DNA from: an uncultured Erysipelotrichaceae bacterium
Lineage (GTDB): Bacteria; Bacillota_I; Bacilli_A; RFN20; CAG-826
Assembly (NCBI GenBank): GCA_900316365.1
Contig: ONCO01000003.1
Span: 26,825 to 90,824, forward strand
Direction: 5' to 3'
Length of the DNA: 64,000 bases
Below, piece by piece: positions 28,632 through 35,167 of the stretch. Under the pieces are notes generated by a model. That model was not told where the DNA came from and did no database searches. It worked only from the letters and a program-made list of their open reading frames with translations. The position numbers and the translations under genes were made by a program. The stretch's first letter is position 1; each line of letters opens with the position of its first letter.

Positions 28632-28650
28632 CAATTGAGGACCGAAGGTT

Positions 28651-29106
28651 ATGGCTGTAAAACGCGCTGATTATATACGTAGATACAACAAAGATAACTA
28701 CAAGATGTATCCTTTCAGGATTAAAAGAAGCGATACGCGATTAATCGATAAACTAGATTCCGTTTCTAATAGGAACGGATATATTACAAATCTCATTTTG
28801 GAAGACATTGATCCTGCCGTTCTCACGATCAAACAAATCAAAGACAGAATAAAGCCGATTGTAGAGAAACACGGCATTAACAACGTTTATTTGTTTGGTA
28901 GCTACGCCAGGGGCGAGGCTAATAGAAATAGTGACGTTGATATTTACTGTGACCCCGGCGACATTGATTCGCTGTGGAAACGCTCCGCTTTTCAAGATGA
29001 GCTCGCTGAGGCGTTAGGAAAGGACGTCGACGTGATTACTGTTGGGTCTGAAATGCATGACTACTTCAGACAACAATTAGAAGAGGACATGATTAAGATC
29101 CGCTAG
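28651..29106 (+). CDS. MNT-type nucleotidyltransferase with N-terminal ribbon-helix-helix-like region
   Basis: 151 aa. Pol-beta-type NTase motif VYLFGSYARGEANRNSDVDIYCD. The N-terminal ~50 aa (YKMYPFRIKRSDTRLIDKLDSVSNRNGYITNLILEDI) look RHH/Arc-like. AT-rich codon usage. Confidence 0.7.
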   Translation: MAVKRADYIRRYNKDNYKMYPFRIKRSDTRLIDKLDSVSNRNGYITNLILEDIDPAVLTIKQIKDRIKPIVEKHGINNVYLFGSYARGEANRNSDVDIYCDPGDIDSLWKRSAFQDELAEALGKDVDVITVGSEMHDYFRQQLEEDMIKIR

Positions 29107-29113
29107 CGCATTA

Positions 29114-29137
29114 GGCCGTCCATCGCGGTCGGTTTTT
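29114..29137 (+). terminator. weak terminator-like element, near-copy of the rpsR terminator
   Basis: GGCCGTCCATCGCGGTCGGTTTTTC versus GACCGTCCCTCGTGGACGGTTTTTT (21 of 26 aligned positions identical by eye). The stem is weakened by mismatches. Confidence 0.4.
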
Positions 29138-29217
29138 CTTGTTTTTACTTTATAAAAAAACGCTAATATATTATCAAAAATAAGCAAAAAGCATTAAAAA
29201 GTGCTAAAATAGTATCA

Positions 29218-29508
29218 ATGGAAGAACAAGCATTACAATTTGTTACATATTACGAAAAGCAACTTGAGATAGCTCAGCGATTCGTTGCCATCAGAAAGAC
29301 GAGGAAGATAACCCAGCAAAGGCTATCCACGCTTTCGGGCGTTTCTTACGCTTCGATTAGAAGGTTTGAGAAGACCGGCGATATTTCCCTCGCCTCTTTA
29401 GTGAAACTTGCTTTGGCTTTACAGCTTTATGACGATTTGGATTCACTTTTCAAAAGAAGGCACGAATATCGCTCAATCGAGGAATTAATCAATGATCAAA
29501 AGGATTGA
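29218..29508 (+). CDS. XRE-family HTH protein, HipB-like antitoxin
   Basis: 96 aa. HTH RKTRKITQQRLSTLSGVSYASIRRFEKTG. Overlaps the hipA-like gene by 17 nt. Confidence 0.75.
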   Translation: MEEQALQFVTYYEKQLEIAQRFVAIRKTRKITQQRLSTLSGVSYASIRRFEKTGDISLASLVKLALALQLYDDLDSLFKRRHEYRSIEELINDQKD

Positions 29509-30583
29509 TGTGGTCGCCAATAAGGTAAAAGTCGGTACACTCGCCATTTCTAACGATGGGGTTGTGGCTTTTCAATACACCGACGATTGGATCGAGAAAG
29601 GTTTTTCGATTAGCCCATTTAAACTTCCTTTATCCAAACAGGTTTATTATGCGAACTCTCCTTATTTCATGGGTCTATTCGGTGTATTTGCCGATTCTTT
29701 GCCTGATAGCTATGGGGAACTGCTCTTAGATCGATATTTAAGAGGCAGGAACGTGAAAATCGATGGTATCACTTGCTTAGACAGATTGGCTTATGTTGGT
29801 TCGTCCGGAATGGGCCTCTTGGAATATATTCCTGATTTAAGCGAGAAGCCGTGGATGGGCGAGATTGATTTCGACGCTATGCAAAAGGACTGCAATGACC
29901 TTTTGGATTCAAAAGAGGTCGCTGCTATCGATGAGCTTTATTCGTTGGGCGGTTCCAGCGGTGGCGCTAGGCCAAAGTCTTTAATTAAATACGAAGGCGA
30001 AGATTATATCGTCAAATTCTCCTCCAAATTCGACCCGAAGAACATTGCCGAATTGGAATATCGCTATATGTCTTTGGCTAAGAAAGCCGGAATCAACGTT
30101 CCTGAGATTAAGTTGATTACATCCAAAAGCGGACGGCATTATTTCTTAATCAAAAGATTCGATAGAGAAAACGGGGAAAAGATTCACATGATTAGTGCGG
30201 CGGCTTTGTTGGAAGTCGATTACAGAGCGCCGTCCCTTGACTATAACGAACTTATAAAACTAACCAGGGTGTTAACTAGAAACGAGGGGGACGTCGAAGA
30301 AATGTATAGGCGTATGGTCTTTAACGTCTTAATTGACAATCAAGACGACCATGCGAAGAACTTCTCCTTCCTCTATGATGAGCAAAACAAGGTCTTTAGG
30401 CTTTCTCCGGCTTATGATATAACGCCTGGCAAAACCTATTATGGCGAACACACCACTTCCGTGAACGGGAAGGGCCGCAATATTACGGAAGATGATATGC
30501 TTAAAGTCGCCTCTAATAACAAAATCGACTTAAAAGTCGCGAAGAGAATTATTGCCACTTGCCGCGATGTTTTAGGAAACTAA
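29492..30583 (+). CDS. hipA: HipA-family Ser/Thr kinase toxin
   Basis: 363 aa. HipA N-terminal coupling domain. Gly-rich loop LGGSSGGARPKS. Catalytic block DNQDDHAKNFSF. Confidence 0.8.
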   Translation: MIKRIDVVANKVKVGTLAISNDGVVAFQYTDDWIEKGFSISPFKLPLSKQVYYANSPYFMGLFGVFADSLPDSYGELLLDRYLRGRNVKIDGITCLDRLAYVGSSGMGLLEYIPDLSEKPWMGEIDFDAMQKDCNDLLDSKEVAAIDELYSLGGSSGGARPKSLIKYEGEDYIVKFSSKFDPKNIAELEYRYMSLAKKAGINVPEIKLITSKSGRHYFLIKRFDRENGEKIHMISAAALLEVDYRAPSLDYNELIKLTRVLTRNEGDVEEMYRRMVFNVLIDNQDDHAKNFSFLYDEQNKVFRLSPAYDITPGKTYYGEHTTSVNGKGRNITEDDMLKVASNNKIDLKVAKRIIATCRDVLGN

Positions 30584-30649
30584 ACAACTTTCATCAGAAA
30601 ACCTTTGTGTATCGCCACGATTCATGTATAACTAAATCGAGGTTCACAT

Positions 30650-31702
30650 ATGAATAAATCAAAAACTCTCTTTTCTTTTGTCGCGTTAGCGCTTTTGCTT
30701 TCCGCCTGCACCGGAACTCCAAAAGAGTCTGTCGTCTCGAACGTCCCTTCCACATCTACGACCGTAAGTAGCGGTGACCCAATTGAGCCATCCAGCTCTC
30801 TTGCGGTGTCAAGCACTTCTAAGGAAATCATCCAGGACAAGCTTTATACCGATTCTGGTTTAGAGGTCTTCTTCAACGCGAAAGGCGCGCGTATAGATAA
30901 GATTAATTGGAACGGCAAGCAGATCGCCAAAGACGGCTTTACCGTCGGTAGAGTCGCCAATCGTATCGCTCAGGGTAAATTCACCCTTAATGGCCAGGAA
31001 TATAACGTCACCAAGAATAATAACGGCAATTCCCTCCATGGCGGCGGAAGCCAGTGGAATGGCCCTTTCGCCAATGCCAACTGGACCAAAACCGAGCAAA
31101 CCGCTAATAGCATCACCTTCACCTATCATTCCCCAGATAAGGAAGCCGGCTATCCAGGCAACATGGATATGACCGTCAAATATTCCTTAACCGAAGAAGG
31201 CGCCTTATCCATCCAATACACCGCCACAAGCGATGCCGACACCTTGTGCAACCCAACCAACCATTTGTATATCTCCGTTAATGGCAACACCAGTTATGAC
31301 GACACCGATCTTTACATTAACGCGGAGAAATACACCCCATTAAATTCCAACCAGCTCCCGACTGGCGAAATTGCTTCCGTCGCTGGAACCAAATATGACT
31401 ATCAGGAAAAGCGCGCTTTCTCCAAGAATGACGAATATGACGACAACTATGTCCTCAAAGGCGAGGGTTTCCGCACCGTCGCTTCCTTAACCGGACATAA
31501 GACTTTCTTGAATATCTTGGTCCAGACCGATAGACCTTGCATGCAGCTTTATAAAGCAGGTCAGGGACAAATCTGCTTAGAGACTCAGATGATGCCTGAT
31601 GCCATCAACCATAGCGAATTCGACCAATATGGCAGCACCATCCTTAGAGCGGGTGAGACCTTCTCCTCCAAGACCACTTACACCTTCCTCGCTATCGATT
31701 AA
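30650..31702 (+). CDS. galM: aldose 1-epimerase lipoprotein
   Basis: Lipobox LLLSAC. Mutarotase motifs (GRVANRIAQGKF, NSLHGG, and a C-terminal E in the CLETQ context). Confidence 0.8.
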   Translation: MNKSKTLFSFVALALLLSACTGTPKESVVSNVPSTSTTVSSGDPIEPSSSLAVSSTSKEIIQDKLYTDSGLEVFFNAKGARIDKINWNGKQIAKDGFTVGRVANRIAQGKFTLNGQEYNVTKNNNGNSLHGGGSQWNGPFANANWTKTEQTANSITFTYHSPDKEAGYPGNMDMTVKYSLTEEGALSIQYTATSDADTLCNPTNHLYISVNGNTSYDDTDLYINAEKYTPLNSNQLPTGEIASVAGTKYDYQEKRAFSKNDEYDDNYVLKGEGFRTVASLTGHKTFLNILVQTDRPCMQLYKAGQGQICLETQMMPDAINHSEFDQYGSTILRAGETFSSKTTYTFLAID

Positions 31703-31725
31703 TTTGCTTCTTCCAATTTGAGAAA

Positions 31726-31755
31726 ACGTCGCCTTTTTACGAGGCGGCGTTTTTG
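31726..31755 (+). terminator. intrinsic terminator after galM
   Basis: ACGTCGCC…GGCGGCGT (one G-T pair) followed by TTTT. It overlaps the ORF-track start at 31718 of the next ORF. Confidence 0.75.
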
Positions 31756-31768
31756 GTATCTTTTAAAC

Positions 31769-32434
31769 ATGAATATAAAGAGAGTAATCGTCATTTCCGT
31801 TTCTGCTTTAGTCGGCGCCGTTGTTCTCGCTGTTGCGATCCCTTTTGCCGTGCTTGCAGTTAAGACAGCCAACATCAAGAGTGACTACGCCTACCTAATA
31901 GAAGACGCGAAGTACAAAACCGCAGTTGAGGTTGAAGGACTAGAACACGTCACCCAAGAAATCTCATGCGGTTATGCGACCATTGAGATGATGTCCGCTT
32001 TCTATGGTGAGAGAGTCAGCGAAGAAACGTTAAGCGAAAGGAACGACGGGGCGATTACCACCTCCTCCTCTTCAGGCTTCCTTGACGAGATAAATAAGAC
32101 CATCAAGGATAAGGAATTTAAGAAGAGCAGTTATCTCAAAAACGACGAATTACTTAAAGAGATTCATGATTCCCTCTCTAGCAACAACCCAGTCGCAATT
32201 GAATGGGCCGCCAAATATAAAGATGAGTGGACCCTCCATTTCTCCGTCATATCCGCGCTTGATCTAGAAGGCGATAACATCGTCGTCTATAACCCTTATG
32301 GCTATATCGAAAATCTCCAGATCGACACATTTATCGAGAGGTCTACTTTTGAAGCATACAAAGATATGCCTTTGTTTTTAAACTTCGGCTTCGCTTTCGG
32401 GGCGTTTGAGAAGAATACAATCTTTCACGTTTAA
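31769..32434 (+). CDS. membrane-anchored peptidase C39-like (papain-fold) domain protein
   Basis: Start moved to ATG 31769 (MNIKRVIVISV, single N-terminal TM). Candidate Cys in TQEISCGYATIEMMSAFYG and His in WTLHFSVISALD…VVYNPYG. Confidence 0.5.
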   Translation: MNIKRVIVISVSALVGAVVLAVAIPFAVLAVKTANIKSDYAYLIEDAKYKTAVEVEGLEHVTQEISCGYATIEMMSAFYGERVSEETLSERNDGAITTSSSSGFLDEINKTIKDKEFKKSSYLKNDELLKEIHDSLSSNNPVAIEWAAKYKDEWTLHFSVISALDLEGDNIVVYNPYGYIENLQIDTFIERSTFEAYKDMPLFLNFGFAFGAFEKNTIFHV

Positions 32435-33096
32435 TTAAGCGAATCCCTTAAGGCCAAGAGCTTTGCTTTATTGTCTTCGCTTACGCGGAAACTTTCCCTT
32501 GCCTTTGCGATGGCTTTCTTTTTGATCCACGAATCGAGAGCGGCGGTGGATAAGTATTCGTAAGTTTCATCAAAAGAATAGATGCAAAGTTCCGCGAGTA
32601 TCCACGCTTCAACCATTTTCACATAGTAATTCTCATGGTCTTTAAAGAGAGGGAACAAACGTTCGGGGTTTTCTCTCTTATAGAAGAAAAACATTAAATA
32701 ACCATAGCGCACGGCAAAAGGGTTCTTAGAGGAAAGGAGTTTCTTTATATAAGGAAGAGCCTCTTCGAAAGGGCGTTTTTCTATTGATTGATAAGTGGTG
32801 TCTGTTATAGCCCAGGAATCGATATGTTTGGCTTTCCCTAGTATGAAGTCTATTTGCTTATGGAGGCGTTTAAGCCTCTTTAAGGCTATAGAAAAATAGA
32901 TGAGATTAGCCTCGTAGCTTTCATCTAAGATAAAAGAATCTAAATCGATGTCTTTATATTCCTTGGCCAAAGCAGCTATATCTTTGGCGTATAGACCGTA
33001 AATGGGAAGTTTTGTCGCGGTGACCTTCTGGGCAAAAGAAGGGTTCTTCTTCCCGGGGTGATTCTCCAAAGCTGCTTTGAGGTCAGAATAATTCAT
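32431..33096 (-). CDS. DNA alkylation repair protein (AlkD-like HEAT-repeat fold)
   Basis: 221 aa, helical-repeat composition, with motifs resembling the DNA_alkylation family (IDSWAITDT, FAVRYGYLMFF). Confidence 0.5.
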   Translation of the reverse strand: MNYSDLKAALENHPGKKNPSFAQKVTATKLPIYGLYAKDIAALAKEYKDIDLDSFILDESYEANLIYFSIALKRLKRLHKQIDFILGKAKHIDSWAITDTTYQSIEKRPFEEALPYIKKLLSSKNPFAVRYGYLMFFFYKRENPERLFPLFKDHENYYVKMVEAWILAELCIYSFDETYEYLSTAALDSWIKKKAIAKARESFRVSEDNKAKLLALRDSLN

Positions 33097-33099
33097 TGC

Positions 33100-33771
33100 T
33101 TACTTCCCAAAGTTAGGCCAAACAAAGGTGCAGTTAAGGTCTTTTTCACCGTTATCGATCAAGACATCCTGACCAGAGCAGGACTTGTTGATGACTGTAA
33201 GGAAATAAACCCATTCGGCGGCTTCCTCTAGGCTAACCCACTTCTTAAGGGGAGTGACGTCCATGATGGCTTTCCAAGAAGCCTCATCATTCATGACCGC
33301 ATCGTTAAGGGAAGTAAGCACTCCGCCAAAGGAGATTGAGTTACAAACCGCCTTATATTCTTTTGCTAAGCGCCAAGCGACATTCTTGGAATAACCGAGG
33401 AGGCCAGCCTTGGATGCGCTATATTCGGCGAACTCGAAGCCTGTATGCGCGGAAGAGGAAGCATTAATCAAAACCGCTTTGATTTTATCGTTAAAGGCGT
33501 ACTTCTCGACGACATTCATACTGCCGACGAGGTTAGTTTTTATTTCGTCTTTTCCTTGGACTCCGGCGTTAGAGAAAAGAATCTCAACCCCAGGGATATC
33601 GGGGAGCGAGTCTTTGTTGGAGACGTCAGCGATATGATGATGGTATTTCTCATCGTTGATGGCGCTTGGCTTGATGTCGATGCCATGGACTTCGTGTCCC
33701 AAAGAAAGGAATTTCTTCGCGGCGGCTAAGCCAATGCCAGAACTAGTGCCGGTGATCAGAACTAAGCTCAT
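33100..33771 (-). CDS. short-chain dehydrogenase/reductase
   Basis: TGTSSGIG cofactor loop, NAG, and catalytic YSASK. Confidence 0.8.
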   Translation of the reverse strand: MSLVLITGTSSGIGLAAAKKFLSLGHEVHGIDIKPSAINDEKYHHHIADVSNKDSLPDIPGVEILFSNAGVQGKDEIKTNLVGSMNVVEKYAFNDKIKAVLINASSSAHTGFEFAEYSASKAGLLGYSKNVAWRLAKEYKAVCNSISFGGVLTSLNDAVMNDEASWKAIMDVTPLKKWVSLEEAAEWVYFLTVINKSCSGQDVLIDNGEKDLNCTFVWPNFGK

Positions 33772-34595
33772 TGATTCTCCTTAACGGTTTCTTGCTGCTT
33801 AATCCATTTTATACCGATATGGTTTTTATCCCAATTCTTAGAGATGGCAAATGTAAGTGGGGTGAAGAGCATCTCGATGACGATCTCAAGGATTGCGCCG
33901 TCTAAGGAGCACATGAATGCGGTGCCGAGGCTCCAGCCGAAGAAGTGGATGGAGATTAAGGCGGCGAAGACTAAGTTGTCGATAATCTGGCCGATAAAGG
34001 AAGAGGCCGCAGCAGCGACGAGGTAACCCCAGTAACGGTTGCCGTGCTTCTTTTCGATCTTCTTTAAGATTAAGTCCTGGGAGATGTTGTTGAGGACGAT
34101 ACCGCAAGCACTCGCGGCAGCGCTGCCTAAGATGACATACCAGACATTGCCCATGACCTGGTTGATGCTATCGCCAACGGCTTTGGCAACCTCAGGATCG
34201 GCATAATTAAATTCTGGGCTCCAGGTTCCAGGGATGACGCCGACAAGGGCGAGCATCGCACTGACGAATAAAGAGATGATTAAGGCGGTTAAGTTGACGC
34301 GGATCGCGTTCTTCGCCCCGAAGTTCTTGGTTAATAAGTCACCAGCTAAAAAGCCAACCCAGCTGAGGGTGACGCCGGCGTCCTGAATAAGCCAATATGT
34401 GTCAGTATTTGGTATAGGTAACTCAAGAATGGCCTTGTTTGCCAAGACATTCATGAGAATCATCGATACGGTGATTAAGGCTAAGACCAACCCTGGCACT
34501 TCCCTTAAGGTCTTAAGCCATTCTTTTGGATTGAAGAAATCCTTCAATCCGAGGCCGAGCTTCTTGAAGAAGCCTGGCTTCGCTTCTTGTTCCAT
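33768..34595 (-). CDS. yhhQ: queuosine-precursor transporter (VUT/YhhQ family)
   Basis: 275 aa polytopic ORF with YhhQ/DUF165-like blocks (LSWVGFLAGDLLTKNFG, SSFIGQIIDNLVF). Confidence 0.65.
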   Translation of the reverse strand: MEQEAKPGFFKKLGLGLKDFFNPKEWLKTLREVPGLVLALITVSMILMNVLANKAILELPIPNTDTYWLIQDAGVTLSWVGFLAGDLLTKNFGAKNAIRVNLTALIISLFVSAMLALVGVIPGTWSPEFNYADPEVAKAVGDSINQVMGNVWYVILGSAAASACGIVLNNISQDLILKKIEKKHGNRYWGYLVAAAASSFIGQIIDNLVFAALISIHFFGWSLGTAFMCSLDGAILEIVIEMLFTPLTFAISKNWDKNHIGIKWIKQQETVKENQ

Positions 34596-34599
34596 AAAA

Positions 34600-34662
34600 A
34601 AATCCTCCTTGGTTTTAGTTTCTTACGCGCAGGATTTTAGAAAGAAAGTCGAACTGCGCGTC
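34600..34662 (-). promoter_or_regulatory. candidate preQ1-type riboswitch or 5' leader structure of yhhQ
   Basis: Minus strand: CGCGCAG-UUCGACUUUCUUUCUAAAAUC-CUGCGCG-UAAGAAACUAAAACCAAGGAGG. This is a hairpin plus an A-rich AAACUAA tail running into the SD, like preQ1-I. The loop UUUCUU can pair with the tail AAGAAA (pseudoknot). The loop is longer than in canonical preQ1-I. Confidence 0.3.
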
Positions 34663-34818
34663 GACGATGGTTGCGTCGATGGAATAGACGATAGCCTTCA
34701 TCAGAAGGCGCGTAGATAATGCACCCTAAAAGATGAAGATACAAGAGAAATAAGATACGCGCGCGTATAGTGAGCCTTTTCCTTGCGGGCAAAGAAAGTG
34801 GTGGTATAGTTGTCTTGC

Positions 34819-34835
34819 ATACCCCTAGGGGGTAT
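34819..34835. promoter_or_regulatory. CsoR-type operator
   Basis: Perfect inverted repeat ATACCCC-TAG-GGGGTAT, 14 nt upstream of the csoR ATG. It has the G/C-tract palindrome form of known CsoR operators. Confidence 0.7.
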
Positions 34836-34848
34836 ATAGGAGAACACC

Positions 34849-35157
34849 ATGGAAGAAGAACTTTGCCCACATTGCGCCTCCAAGCGTCATCACCCAAGAA
34901 ATGAAGAAGAACTTAAGTCTTTGCAGAATAGAATCTCGAGGATTCAGGGCCAATTAAGCGGCATCTCGAAGATGCTCGATGAGAATCGTTATTGCGGCGA
35001 TGTCTTAACTCAGATCGCGGCGGTGGAATCCGCCCTCCAATCTGTGGGTTATATCGTCTTGGCCTCGCATATGAATTCCTGCGTTAAGGAAGACATCATT
35101 GCTGGTAAAGACGGCGTTATCGATGAGACCGTGGAACTCATCAAAAAGTTAAAGTAG
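34849..35157 (+). CDS. csoR: copper-sensing transcriptional repressor
   Basis: 102 aa. CsoR/RcnR family with a Cys…His-x3-Cys ligand pattern (RYCGDV; SHMNSC). Confidence 0.85.
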   Translation: MEEELCPHCASKRHHPRNEEELKSLQNRISRIQGQLSGISKMLDENRYCGDVLTQIAAVESALQSVGYIVLASHMNSCVKEDIIAGKDGVIDETVELIKKLK

Positions 35158-35167
35158 CGGGATTTGT

